From Minisyncoccota bacterium (GTDB lineage: Bacteria > Patescibacteriota > Minisyncoccia > Phycocordibacterales > Phycocordibacteraceae): a DNA stretch of 64,000 bases. Location of the stretch: contig JALHQL010000005.1 in assembly GCA_022841985.1 (NCBI GenBank), positions 4,267 to 68,266 on the forward strand. The letters are read 5' to 3'. Made by a program: the position numbers and the translations under genes. Below the pieces are notes generated by a model, which made no database searches, was not told where the DNA came from, and saw only the letters and a program-made list of their open reading frames with translations. Below, one piece after another: positions 32,063 through 41,975 of this stretch (position 1 is its first letter; each line of letters begins with the position of its first letter).

Positions 32063-32677
32063 ATGGTAACTATCGTCGATTATGGGCTCGGCAATCTTTT
32101 TTCGGTCGCCAAGGCTTTTGAGAGCATTGGTATTCCGGTGCGCATATCGGCCGATCCAAAAGACCTTAAAGATGCGAGTCATATCGTCCTTCCAGGTGTT
32201 GGAGCCTTTCCTCGTGGCATGCAAAACTTAAAAAGCGAAGGCTTACTCGAGACGCTTGAGGAGGAAGTGCTAGGGAAGAAGAAGCCGTTTCTTGGGATAT
32301 GTCTCGGACTGCAACTTCTCGCCGATAAGGGATACGAGTATGAAGAATCTGCAGGTATCGGTTGGATCAAAGGCGAAGTTAGGATTCTCGATGTCGAACG
32401 GCAAGGGCTTAAAGTTCCACATATTGGTTGGAATAATCTTTCTTTAAAGAAAGAGTCGCAACTGTTCAAAAAAATAAAGCCAGACGCAGACTTTTATTTT
32501 GTGCATAGTTACCAATTGCATTGTGCCGATAAGGAGGACATCGTTGCCACAACGATGTACGGTGAAGAAATTACAGCGGTAATAGAGCACGAGAATATTT
32601 GCGCTGTCCAATTTCATCCAGAAAAAAGCCAAGATGCAGGCCTCACCTTACTTGAGAACTTTTACCAGTATGCTTAA
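32063..32677 (+). CDS. hisH: Glutamine amidotransferase HisH-like (WbuY-type)
   Basis: DYGLGNLFSV, LPGVGAF, GICLGLQ, FVHSY, QFHPEKS. Confidence 0.9.
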   Translation: MVTIVDYGLGNLFSVAKAFESIGIPVRISADPKDLKDASHIVLPGVGAFPRGMQNLKSEGLLETLEEEVLGKKKPFLGICLGLQLLADKGYEYEESAGIGWIKGEVRILDVERQGLKVPHIGWNNLSLKKESQLFKKIKPDADFYFVHSYQLHCADKEDIVATTMYGEEITAVIEHENICAVQFHPEKSQDAGLTLLENFYQYA

Positions 32678-33428
32678 AGTTCGACTCATTCCAACCCTGC
32701 TTTTAAAAGACAGCAGGATGATAAAGACGAAACGGTTCGGGGAATATCGCGATGTTGGGAATCCTCGTACGGTCGCCAAAGTATACGACGCTCAGAAGGC
32801 GGATGAACTTATTTTTCTTGATATTGCCGCGACGCAAGAAAATAGACACTTCTTACTCGAAACAATCAAGACGGTTGCTGAAGAGTGTTTTATGCCGCTC
32901 ACTGCTGGTGGCGGCATAAAGAATGTGGCGCAAGCGCGAGAAATTTTGCAACATGGTGCAGACAAAATCGCGATTAATTCAGCTGCCATTGAAACACCGG
33001 AATTCATTACGGAGCTCTCAAAAGCGTTTGGAAAATCAACCGTAATTGTCTCAATAGATTTCAAAAAAAATGCCAACCAGAAAAAAGAAGTGTTCTCAAA
33101 TCGCGGTACGATAGCAACCGGTTTAGATCCGGTTGCGTGGGCGCGAGAGGTCGAACAACGTGGCGCAGGAGAAATCCTACTCACATCCATTGACCGTGAG
33201 GGTACTATGACTGGGTATGATCTCGATATGATCAGTGCGGTTACGGGAGCAGTATCTATCCCAGTCATCGCCTCGGGCGGCGTAGGGACCATTCAGGACC
33301 TCGTGGACGGCATAAAAATCGGTAAGGCTTCGGCAGTTAGTGCTGCTAGCATATTTCACTTTACTGACCAGACTATCTTCAAGGCACATTCGCATATGAA
33401 GCAAGCTGGGCTTGCAGTGCGCAAATGA
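32670..33428 (+). CDS. hisF: Imidazole glycerol phosphate synthase cyclase HisF-like (WbuZ-type)
   Basis: RLIPTLL, DELIFLDI, GGGI, GEILLTSIDREGT, IASGG. Confidence 0.9.
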   Translation: MLKVRLIPTLLLKDSRMIKTKRFGEYRDVGNPRTVAKVYDAQKADELIFLDIAATQENRHFLLETIKTVAEECFMPLTAGGGIKNVAQAREILQHGADKIAINSAAIETPEFITELSKAFGKSTVIVSIDFKKNANQKKEVFSNRGTIATGLDPVAWAREVEQRGAGEILLTSIDREGTMTGYDLDMISAVTGAVSIPVIASGGVGTIQDLVDGIKIGKASAVSAASIFHFTDQTIFKAHSHMKQAGLAVRK

Positions 33429-33964
33429 CATATTTCCTGCGTATGAAAACTTTCATTGGCGCGAGAATATATCTACGGCCAATGACCGAAGCTGACGCCA
33501 CTGAGCGTTACGCTAGCTGGCTGAATGATTCGGAGGTAAACAGGTATCTTGCTACCAAAAGTGCAACCGTGCCGGAATTGCGCGCATACATCGCCTCAAA
33601 AAATTCTCAGCCGGGTACTCTGTTGTTTGGAATTTTTTTGAAGGAAAAGGATACGCATATTGGTACTATAAAATTGGACTCGATTGATACCGTGAATAAA
33701 AAAGCCACCATTGCTATAATGCTTGGAGACAAACAGCAGTGGGGAAAAGGCTTGGCGCAGGAAGCCATGTCTCTCCTTATCGGCTACTGTTTCAAGGATT
33801 TGCAGCTAGTGGAAATTAATTTAGGTGTCGTGGCGCAAAATGAAGCAGCGATACAAACGTATGTTACATTGGGCTTTAAGGAAGTGCAGAGAGAAATGAG
33901 GGCGGTACACTATCCAAACGGAGTTTTCGATCAAGTAACAATGACCATACACAACCATGCGTAG
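33425..33964 (+). CDS. GNAT N-acetyltransferase (PseH-like)
   Basis: WGKGLAQEA, NEAAIQTY..LGF. Confidence 0.82.
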   Translation: MTYFLRMKTFIGARIYLRPMTEADATERYASWLNDSEVNRYLATKSATVPELRAYIASKNSQPGTLLFGIFLKEKDTHIGTIKLDSIDTVNKKATIAIMLGDKQQWGKGLAQEAMSLLIGYCFKDLQLVEINLGVVAQNEAAIQTYVTLGFKEVQREMRAVHYPNGVFDQVTMTIHNHA

Positions 33965-35105
33965 ATGTACGAAATGCGTGATGCTCGAGACTCAAGACAT
34001 GATCAGTTTTGATACTGAAGGCGTGTGTGCTACTTGTCGCCAACTCGAATATAAGCAGCAAAAAATAGATTGGGTAGAACGCGAAAAGGAATTGGTACGA
34101 GTGTTAGATGAGTATCGTGGAAAGGGTACGCATGACTGCATCATTCCTTTCAGTGGAGGGAAGGACAGCACTTTCCAGGCATACACACTTGCGCGGAAGT
34201 ACAAGATGCGCCCACTCATTGTTCGATTTGATCATGGATTCATGCGGCCGCAAGTCATCGAGAACACAGAGCGAACTATAAAAAAATTAGGGGTGGATTA
34301 TATCTTATTTAAACCAGATTGGCAGACAGTAAAAAAACTGATGCGAGAATCGTTTATACGGAAGGGGGACGTCATGTGGCATTCTCATTGCGGCATATAT
34401 GCATATCCTATGCATATGGCGGTCAAATTTAATATCCCGCTCATTATTTGGGGTGAACCGACATCTGAATATGTGAGTTATTACGGGTACGATGAGGATG
34501 AGATGGTGGATGAGAAAAGATTTAATCGCGTCGTGAATATGGGCATCAATGCCGAGGATATGGTCGGTATGTTGGATGGTAGTGTTACGATGCGCGACCT
34601 TTGGCCATATACCTACCCAGCGCTCAAAGATTTGAAAGCTATAAAATATCGCTCTATTTGTCTTGGGAATTACATTCCGTGGGATACACGAGAACAATCT
34701 GAACTAATACGCAAAGAACTTGGGTGGCAAGGTGCACCAGTTGAGGGAATTCCTTACGAACGATACTGGTACGAAAAAATAGAAGATGCATTCCAGGGAG
34801 TTCAAGATTACTTGAAGTGGATCAAGCGTGGCATGTCGCGTATGACTCACTTAGCATCGATTGATATCAGGAACGGTCGCATGACTCGTGAAGAGGGATT
34901 GCAGATGATTGCACAGTATGAAGGCTTCCGGCCTGCGAGTCTCGACGTCTTTTTAAAGGCAATGAATATGAGCGAAGAGGAGTTTAATCGAATTGCACTC
35001 ACGCACGTGGTTGCTCCGTACGCGGGTCCTGATTTCAAGAATGTGAAGCGTGGGCCCGAGCTTCCGGACCAAAAATTTTGGACGATTAACAACGACCAAG
35101 GATGA
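33957..35105 (+). CDS. N-acetyl sugar amidotransferase (WbuX/PseA/PtmG family)
   Basis: CTKC...CATC, PP-loop SGGKDS, DIRNGRMTREEG. Confidence 0.9.
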   Translation: MRRCTKCVMLETQDMISFDTEGVCATCRQLEYKQQKIDWVEREKELVRVLDEYRGKGTHDCIIPFSGGKDSTFQAYTLARKYKMRPLIVRFDHGFMRPQVIENTERTIKKLGVDYILFKPDWQTVKKLMRESFIRKGDVMWHSHCGIYAYPMHMAVKFNIPLIIWGEPTSEYVSYYGYDEDEMVDEKRFNRVVNMGINAEDMVGMLDGSVTMRDLWPYTYPALKDLKAIKYRSICLGNYIPWDTREQSELIRKELGWQGAPVEGIPYERYWYEKIEDAFQGVQDYLKWIKRGMSRMTHLASIDIRNGRMTREEGLQMIAQYEGFRPASLDVFLKAMNMSEEEFNRIALTHVVAPYAGPDFKNVKRGPELPDQKFWTINNDQG

Positions 35106-35153
35106 TATCCATATTACCTCAAATGTAGTTGAACTGTTATAGTGGGTGTCACT

Positions 35154-36464
35154 ATGAAAGGGAAGGGTCAGAAACTATGGGAGAAGGCAAAAAAGCTCAT
35201 TCCAGGCGGGAGTCAATTACTCTCGAAGCGGGCGGAGCTCTTCGCTCCGGAACAGTGGCCGGCTTATTACTCGCGCGCAGAAGGGGCGTACATATGGGAT
35301 CTCGACGGGAACAAATATCTCGACATGCTCAACATGGGAATTGGGAGCTGTATGCTTGGCTATGCCGACAAGGATGTGAATAAAGCGGTCATTGATGTCG
35401 TCAACCGAGGCTCAATGACAACACTCAATGCCCCACAGGAAGTGGAGCTCGCTGAGCTGCTGCTTTCGCTGCATCCGTGGGCGGGGATGGTGCGTTACGC
35501 GCGCACAGGTGGTGAGTCTATGGCAGTTGCGGCGCGTATTGCACGTGCGTATACCGGGCGTGATACGATCGCTTTCTGTGGGTATCACGGTTGGGCTGAT
35601 TGGTATCTCGCGACAAATTTAGGGACGAAAGATGAACTTGCGGATCATTTGCTCGCAGGACTAGAACCGAAAGGAGTTCCAAAAGGTTTGGCAGGCACCA
35701 TGCTTCCATTTCATTACAATAAGATAGAGGAGCTTGAAGCCATCGTTGCGAAAAATCCGAACCTTGCGGCTATCTGTATGGAACCGATGCACGGTGAATA
35801 TCCCCGCGATGGTTTTCTAGAAAAAGTGCGAGAAATCGCCACACGAATTGGGGCAGTGCTGGTGTTTGATGAAATCACTATAGGATTCCGGCTTGCCGTT
35901 GGAGGATCGCATCTGGCGCTTGGTATTGAACCGGATATGGCGATATTCGGTAAAGGTATGAGTAACGGGTATGCCATGGCGGCCATTGTTGGTAAAAGTG
36001 AAATTATGCAGGCCGCTCAAGATACGTTTATATCGAGCACCTATTGGACCGAAGCAATAGGGCCAGCAGCGACAGTGGCAGCAATTACTAAGATGCAGAA
36101 AATTCGTTTGCCTGAGCATCTCGCGCGAATTGGCGGGAAGATTAAAGAAATTTGGGACACAACGTCCACTCGCTACAATCTCACTACTACTTCGAGCGAA
36201 GTGCTCCCACTCCTATTTTTCTCATTTAAAGATGGAGATGGTGCGATCATGAAGACGCTATTTGTACAGGAAATGTTGAAGCGTGGCATACTCGCGACGA
36301 CGCAATTTTATGCCTCCTATGCGCATACTGACAAACACGTGGAGGAGTATGCTAAAGCGCTCGACGAGGTATTTTCACTCATGAGTACGGCAGTCAGAGA
36401 AGGGAAGACGAAAGACCTCCTTGAGGGATCAGTCGCGCATTCAGGTTTTCAGAGACTTAACTGA
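35154..36464 (+). CDS. Class III PLP aminotransferase (GSA-aminomutase-like) in a sugar pathway
   Basis: WDLDGNKYLD, CGYHGW, FDEITIGFR, FGKGMSNG. Confidence 0.85.
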   Translation: MKGKGQKLWEKAKKLIPGGSQLLSKRAELFAPEQWPAYYSRAEGAYIWDLDGNKYLDMLNMGIGSCMLGYADKDVNKAVIDVVNRGSMTTLNAPQEVELAELLLSLHPWAGMVRYARTGGESMAVAARIARAYTGRDTIAFCGYHGWADWYLATNLGTKDELADHLLAGLEPKGVPKGLAGTMLPFHYNKIEELEAIVAKNPNLAAICMEPMHGEYPRDGFLEKVREIATRIGAVLVFDEITIGFRLAVGGSHLALGIEPDMAIFGKGMSNGYAMAAIVGKSEIMQAAQDTFISSTYWTEAIGPAATVAAITKMQKIRLPEHLARIGGKIKEIWDTTSTRYNLTTTSSEVLPLLFFSFKDGDGAIMKTLFVQEMLKRGILATTQFYASYAHTDKHVEEYAKALDEVFSLMSTAVREGKTKDLLEGSVAHSGFQRLN

Positions 36465-37185
36465 GCAAATCTTTTATTTTTTTCTTGATCATCTCGCGAT
36501 TTTGGTATATCAGTTCTCCAACCACAAAATCTTGAGGATCGTCTAAGTCCACCGCCCTCCAGCGCTCTATTTCATAGCCGATGAGTTTGCCACCAAGAAA
36601 GGAGCGTTCGCGACGCAGGGTGTCTGTTTTAATCAGATAAATCATGCAGCCATCGAGCTTGTAGAATGTTGGAAGCGACTGTCGATTTGTACCCGATTTG
36701 TACCCGTCATATATTGTTTGAATAACATCGTCAGAGTTTTTGCTAAAGAGGCTATTTTCCGTACGGCAGAGACTTACAAGCGAGTCACCACCACGTTCCT
36801 GTAAAAGCTTAATTGCGTGTTCAATATCACCCACTTCGCGCATCGGTGAAGTTGCCTGTAGTAAGAGTACATGTGAGGGAGTGTATCTCTCATTGTCACG
36901 CAAATAATCGAGCATATGGAAGACAGCGTCTATGAGTGCACTAGCATCCCCCGCGAATTCTGCAGGGCGCATAATTGGAACCTCGGCGCCATATTTCAGG
37001 GCGACAGACGCAATTTCTTTATCATCGGTTGATACGACAACACGTCCGACGCTTGTGGCAGCCTTTGCGACTTCGATAGTGTGTGCGATGAGTGGCTTCC
37101 CTGCAAAAAGTCGAATATTTTTTCTTGGAATTCCTTTTGAACCGCCACGTGCGGTAATGAGTGCAAGTATATTGGATTTGTTCAT
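36457..37185 (-). CDS. neuA: Acylneuraminate cytidylyltransferase (CMP-nonulosonate synthetase)
   Basis: ARGGSKGIPRKN, VSTDD, LQATSPMR, DLDDPQDF. Confidence 0.92.
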   Translation of the reverse strand: MNKSNILALITARGGSKGIPRKNIRLFAGKPLIAHTIEVAKAATSVGRVVVSTDDKEIASVALKYGAEVPIMRPAEFAGDASALIDAVFHMLDYLRDNERYTPSHVLLLQATSPMREVGDIEHAIKLLQERGGDSLVSLCRTENSLFSKNSDDVIQTIYDGYKSGTNRQSLPTFYKLDGCMIYLIKTDTLRRERSFLGGKLIGYEIERWRAVDLDDPQDFVVGELIYQNREMIKKKIKDLLS

Positions 37186-37206
37186 TGTGGTAGTATGGTG
37201 CCACGT

Positions 37207-37956
37207 ATGTCTCTATCGAACAAGGTCGTCGTCGTCGTGGGGGGAGGAGGGCTTCTCGGCTCGGAATTTGTACGCGCGTGTATAGCCGAGGGCGCGCGCG
37301 TTGTGGTGGCAGATATCAATGAGCCCGCTGTGCTTCTAGAAGGAGCGACCTTTATTCGCTCTGACGCGACGAACGAAGAAGCTGTAAAAGCTCTCGCAAG
37401 TAAAGTCAAAAAGGATTTTAAGAAAATCGATGCAGTAATAAATGCTGCCTATCCGTCAGGCACCAAAGTGAAACAGAACGGAAAATTTGAGGATGGCAGT
37501 ATCGACGATATGCTTGAGAACGCATCAATGCATTTACGGATATGCTTCAATATGGTGCGCGCGTTCGCTCCGATATTTACCGAACAAAAAAACGGATCCA
37601 TCGTTTTCCTGTCCTCGATGTACGGTGTTGCAGCAGTACGTTTCGAGCTTTACGAGGGGTTGTCTATGATGCAGCCCGCGGAATATACAGCCGCCAAGGG
37701 TGGTGTCATCGCGGTTACTCGTTATTTCGCTTCTCTCTTGGGTAAACACGGTATTAGAGTAAATGCGATTTCCCCGGGCGGTATCGTTGGTGAATATCCG
37801 CAATCGTTTGTGGACGCTTATAATAAACATCTCCTTTTGGGTAAGGGGCTGCTTCTCCCTAAGCACGTAAGTGGGGCAGTCGTCTTCTTGTCATCCGATG
37901 CGTCAGAAATGATGACGGGGCAAAATTTGATTATTGACGGCGGTTGGACGGTATAA
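37207..37956 (+). CDS. SDR oxidoreductase (PtmA/flagellin modification protein A-like)
   Basis: GGGGLLG, NAAYP, SSMYG, YTAAKGG, ISPGGI, GQNLIIDGGW. Confidence 0.82.
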   Translation: MSLSNKVVVVVGGGGLLGSEFVRACIAEGARVVVADINEPAVLLEGATFIRSDATNEEAVKALASKVKKDFKKIDAVINAAYPSGTKVKQNGKFEDGSIDDMLENASMHLRICFNMVRAFAPIFTEQKNGSIVFLSSMYGVAAVRFELYEGLSMMQPAEYTAAKGGVIAVTRYFASLLGKHGIRVNAISPGGIVGEYPQSFVDAYNKHLLLGKGLLLPKHVSGAVVFLSSDASEMMTGQNLIIDGGWTV

Positions 37957-37994
37957 ATTAGCAACCTTAATACCTGGAATATGGTTGTAGAGAT

Positions 37995-38807
37995 ATGGTG
38001 AGAACGAGTCAAGTCCTAGTGCTGGGTGGAAATGGATTCATAGGTGAGCCACTTGTAAAAGCTTTGCGGGAAGGGGGTATAAATGTTACAGCGCCAACTC
38101 AAGCTGAACTTGATATTGAGACTGAGCCACAAAAACTCGCCGAAATTCTCAAAAATTATGACACACTCATAATATTGACACAGCCAAACGAAAAAGGCAT
38201 AATGAACATCGTTTCGGCACTCGCTCTTTCCAATGTGCAACACGTTCTCTATGCTTCAACGGTGTTGGTTTATGGCTCAAGTAAAGAGCCCCAGCGTGAA
38301 GATGTCTCTCCGTCGCCGGCATCTGAATATGCAAGAAAAAAATATGCGGAAGAAGAAATACTACGTCGTAGCACAGTTCCACTTACCATAGTTCGACTGG
38401 GTAATGTGTATGGCGGCCCCAAAAACAAAGGAATTGTGCAGAAGGCCATAGAGGCTCTTTATAAAAACGAACCACTCCAAACGAGTGGCGAAGACCAAGT
38501 AAGGGACTTCGTGCACGTGGATGATGTTGTTGCAGCTGTAATCGCATTACTCAAATTGCTTCCGGAACGGTCCCGAGTTGTAAATATTATGACAGGTATA
38601 GGGACCACAATAGGAAATATGTTCAAAACGCTTGAACATGTGAGCGGGAAAAACCTCATCAAGATAGTTGGCCCTGAAGGAGAGCAGGTACACACCATCG
38701 GAAATGTCGATACTCTCCGGATACTCACCGGCTTCTCTCCGCGAATAACACTTCAAGAAGGTTTGGGAAAAACACTACATGCATATGACCGATCAATTCA
38801 AAAATAA
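37995..38807 (+). CDS. NAD-dependent epimerase/dehydratase
   Basis: GGNGFIG, YARKK, RLGNVYG, RDFVHVDD. Confidence 0.85.
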   Translation: MVRTSQVLVLGGNGFIGEPLVKALREGGINVTAPTQAELDIETEPQKLAEILKNYDTLIILTQPNEKGIMNIVSALALSNVQHVLYASTVLVYGSSKEPQREDVSPSPASEYARKKYAEEEILRRSTVPLTIVRLGNVYGGPKNKGIVQKAIEALYKNEPLQTSGEDQVRDFVHVDDVVAAVIALLKLLPERSRVVNIMTGIGTTIGNMFKTLEHVSGKNLIKIVGPEGEQVHTIGNVDTLRILTGFSPRITLQEGLGKTLHAYDRSIQK

Positions 38808-39726
38808 AAATATTATTGTAACCGGGGGTACTGGCTCCATTGGTTCTGAGATCGTGCGTCAACTACTCAAGACAGACGCTGCGAGAATACGTGTGTACAG
38901 TCGCGATGAGCACAAACAACACGAATTGCGTCAGGATCTAGAAGCAAATCCGCGCGTGGCATTTCTTCTAGGGGACATTCGCGACAAAGATCGTTTGGAC
39001 TTCGCTTTTCAAGGAATAGATATCTGTTTTCATGCTGCAGCGCTGAAGCATGTACCATTTTGTGAGTACAATCCGTTTGAGGCACTTAAGACGAATGCCA
39101 TTGGCACACAGAATGTAATAGATGTCGCAATTAAGAATAATCTCGAAAAGGTAATTGCTGTTTCAACGGATAAAGCAGTTAACCCGGAATCGGTTCTCGG
39201 AGCTTCTAAGCTCATGATGGAGCGTCTCGTCGCGGCGGCAAATCTCACAGTCGGACGCAACCCTACACGTTTTGCGTGCGTGCGATTTGGCAATGTCACT
39301 GGTTCACGCGGTTCGGTTACTCATTTGTGGCGCCGCCAGATAGACCAGGGCGGTCCAGTCACTGTCACGCACAAGAACGTTAAGCGTTTTTTTATGGAGA
39401 TACCGGAGGCAGTCAATCTTATTTTTGACGCCACCCGACTTATGCGCGGTGGAGAGATATTTGTGCTGAAAATGAAAAAGCGCCTTATGACTGACTTTGC
39501 TCGCGAACTTATTAAAAACTTCAGTGGAGGCAAAAGGATAAAAATGACTTTCATTGGGTTACGTCCTGGAGAAAAACTCGACGAAGAACTTTTTACTAAA
39601 GAAGAGCGTTCACATATGTTGGAGACCTCGGGGATGTACATCATCATACCGCAGCATCTCGTGCCTGATTACACCTATTTACCATCAAGTTATCCGGGTT
39701 CACACAAAGCAATCATTCGGAATTAG
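38785..39726 (+). CDS. UDP-GlcNAc 4,6-dehydratase family (PseB/FnlA/CapD-like)
   Basis: TGGTGSIG, HAAALKHVP, STDKAVNP, RFGNVTGSRGSV, GLRPGEKLDEEL. Confidence 0.9.
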   Translation: MTDQFKNKNIIVTGGTGSIGSEIVRQLLKTDAARIRVYSRDEHKQHELRQDLEANPRVAFLLGDIRDKDRLDFAFQGIDICFHAAALKHVPFCEYNPFEALKTNAIGTQNVIDVAIKNNLEKVIAVSTDKAVNPESVLGASKLMMERLVAAANLTVGRNPTRFACVRFGNVTGSRGSVTHLWRRQIDQGGPVTVTHKNVKRFFMEIPEAVNLIFDATRLMRGGEIFVLKMKKRLMTDFARELIKNFSGGKRIKMTFIGLRPGEKLDEELFTKEERSHMLETSGMYIIIPQHLVPDYTYLPSSYPGSHKAIIRN

Positions 39727-39768
39727 TCACGTTCTGAATCTCAGAGCGATCACGCATCTCATACTCCA

Positions 39769-40821
39769 ATGAAAAAAAGCATAATAAAAGTAGATGGACG
39801 GGGAATTGGCTCGGGGCAGCCAGTTTTTATCATTGCTGAAATCGGAGTCAATCATGATGGTTCAATTGCGAAGGCAAAGAAGCTTATCGATATGGCGGTC
39901 GCTGCCGGGGCGGATGCGGTTAAATTTCAAATGTGTAATCCCGACGAAATGATAACCAAAAAGGCACCAAAAGCGGAGTATCAGAAGCGCAATAGGGCAA
40001 CAGAATCGCAGTACGACATGCTTAAGAGGTATTACTTCGGTGTGCGCGAGCACCGTACTCTCATGGACTATGCCAAGAAGAAAAGAATTATTTTTTTCTC
40101 AACACCTTTTTCTCTTAAAGACGCTCATGAGCTCGTGAAGCTCCATATGCCAATGCTCAAGGTCGGTTCTTCTGACGCGAATAATCATCCCCAGTTGCGT
40201 GTTCTGGCGAGTGCTCGCGTTCCTATCATACTTTCAACGGGTATGTGCACGCTTGCCGAAGTTCAGGAGTCAATTTCGGTATTACGTAAGGCAGGAGCGA
40301 GAGACATTGTCGTGCTTCACTGCACGACCGCGTATCCGACTGCTGATAAAGATGTGAATCTTAAAGCGATGGTGACGATACAAAATGTCTTTCATACCCC
40401 AGTCGGTTATTCCGATCACACTCCCGGGACGGATGTCGCAATCGCAGCCGTGGCGCTGGGTGCGTGTGTCATTGAGAAACACCTCACTCTCAATAAAAAA
40501 GCTCCAGGCCCAGATCATTTCGCATCTCTCGAGCCAAAAGAACTAGGTGCGCTTGTGCAGAGCATACGTCGCACAGAGCGAATTCTCGGTATGGGTAATA
40601 AGGGTCCATCGGCTGGCGAGAAAATAATCGCGAGAGTAGCGCGCAAAAGTATCGTTGCAGCTCATAACATTGAAAAGGGAAAGAAGATAGATATGGCCGA
40701 CATAGCGTTCAAACGTCCTGGCACAGGGTTGCCGCCAGTCTTTGCCGATAAGTTGGTAGGGAAGAGTGCGAAACGTTCTTTTGAGAAAGATCAGGAATTT
40801 AAACGATCCGATCTCATATGA
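39769..40821 (+). CDS. neuB: Nonulosonic acid (sialic/legionaminic) synthase
   Basis: IAEIGVNHDG, AVKFQ, LSTGM, HCTTAYP, GYSDHT, IEKHLTL, GPDH, SAF domain. Confidence 0.93.
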   Translation: MKKSIIKVDGRGIGSGQPVFIIAEIGVNHDGSIAKAKKLIDMAVAAGADAVKFQMCNPDEMITKKAPKAEYQKRNRATESQYDMLKRYYFGVREHRTLMDYAKKKRIIFFSTPFSLKDAHELVKLHMPMLKVGSSDANNHPQLRVLASARVPIILSTGMCTLAEVQESISVLRKAGARDIVVLHCTTAYPTADKDVNLKAMVTIQNVFHTPVGYSDHTPGTDVAIAAVALGACVIEKHLTLNKKAPGPDHFASLEPKELGALVQSIRRTERILGMGNKGPSAGEKIIARVARKSIVAAHNIEKGKKIDMADIAFKRPGTGLPPVFADKLVGKSAKRSFEKDQEFKRSDLI

Positions 40822-41966
40822 AATTAAAAAAGAAGTTAGTGTTAGTAGTGACAGGTGGCCGCGCTGATTATGGGCTTTTGCGTCCGGTCATGCGTGAAAT
40901 CATGAAGAGCAAAAAGCTCACACTCAGTGTACTTGTGACCGGTATGCACACTCTGTATAGCTATGGTCGCTCTCTCGATTTTATTAAGGCAGACAGAATA
41001 CCGGTTGCTGCGGTCGTGCCGATAGGCGAAGAGGATACGATGCTTGAGTCACTCTCCAAAGAGATAAAAGGTATAGAGGAGTATTGCGATAAGCATCGAC
41101 CCGATCTCATTCTAGTTTTGGGCGACCGTGATGAACCATTCGCAGCCGCGATAGTCGGTGGACATCTCGGTATTCCAGTGGCACATCTTCATGGAGGTGA
41201 TAAGACTGGTCTTGTCGTCGATGAATATATTCGTCATGCCATCACAAAATTCTCGCATCTTCATTTCCCAGCAACTAAGTTGAGTGCGCAGAGAATAAAG
41301 CTTCTTGGTGAGGATCCATGGCGCATCGTGATGGCAGGCGCCACGGGTCTCGATGAGATGCGCGAATTCCATTTTGAATCGAAGAAATCTATTGCCAAGA
41401 AATACGGGTTAGATCCGATACAGCCCTGGTATCTGATTCTCCATCATCCAACGCCTCTTGATAGGGTATCGCCTAAAATTCAAGCTCAAGGGGTCCTTCG
41501 TTCCGTAGTAACTCTTCCGGGAGAGAAGATCGTCAGTCTTCCTAACTCTGACACCGGGAGCGCTACTTTTCTGAAGGAACTAGAGAAGTATCGCGGTAAG
41601 GCGAGTATGCACGTGTTCGGTACCATGCCGCGTAAAGACTTCCTAAATTTGTTTAAATACGTAACGGTACTCATTGGTAATTCAAGTATGGGTATTATCG
41701 ATAGTTCGTTTTTCAAGATCCCCACAGTGAATGTCGGGAATCGCCAACTCGGTCGTGAACATGGCGTCAATGTTGTCCATGCTGGTTACGACGAAGCGAG
41801 CATTCGTCTGGCAATCAAAAAAGCGACAAGTCCATTTTTTTTACGCCGCGTTAATAAAATGCGAAGTCTGTATGGGGATGGTCGAGCTTCAGCACGTATT
41901 GTGCGACATATTGAACGCCTCATCAATCATGAAGACCTCTTCTATAAAAAGCTCACCTATGTATAA
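40818..41966 (+). CDS. neuC: UDP-N-acetylglucosamine 2-epimerase (hydrolysing)
   Basis: TGGRADYG, LGDRDE, HLHGGD, IRHAITK, GNSSMG, GNRQLGR. Confidence 0.93.
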   Translation: MKLKKKLVLVVTGGRADYGLLRPVMREIMKSKKLTLSVLVTGMHTLYSYGRSLDFIKADRIPVAAVVPIGEEDTMLESLSKEIKGIEEYCDKHRPDLILVLGDRDEPFAAAIVGGHLGIPVAHLHGGDKTGLVVDEYIRHAITKFSHLHFPATKLSAQRIKLLGEDPWRIVMAGATGLDEMREFHFESKKSIAKKYGLDPIQPWYLILHHPTPLDRVSPKIQAQGVLRSVVTLPGEKIVSLPNSDTGSATFLKELEKYRGKASMHVFGTMPRKDFLNLFKYVTVLIGNSSMGIIDSSFFKIPTVNVGNRQLGREHGVNVVHAGYDEASIRLAIKKATSPFFLRRVNKMRSLYGDGRASARIVRHIERLINHEDLFYKKLTYV

Positions 41967-41975
41967 TCAAATCCT

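Noticed and set aside
32063-33428. hisH/hisF as histidine biosynthesis
   Set aside because: No other his genes are present; adjacency to a WbuX/PseA amidotransferase indicates ammonia supply for sugar amidination.
35154-36464. hemL (tetrapyrrole synthesis)
   Set aside because: GSA-aminomutase-like fold, but embedded in the nonulosonate cluster with no hem genes.
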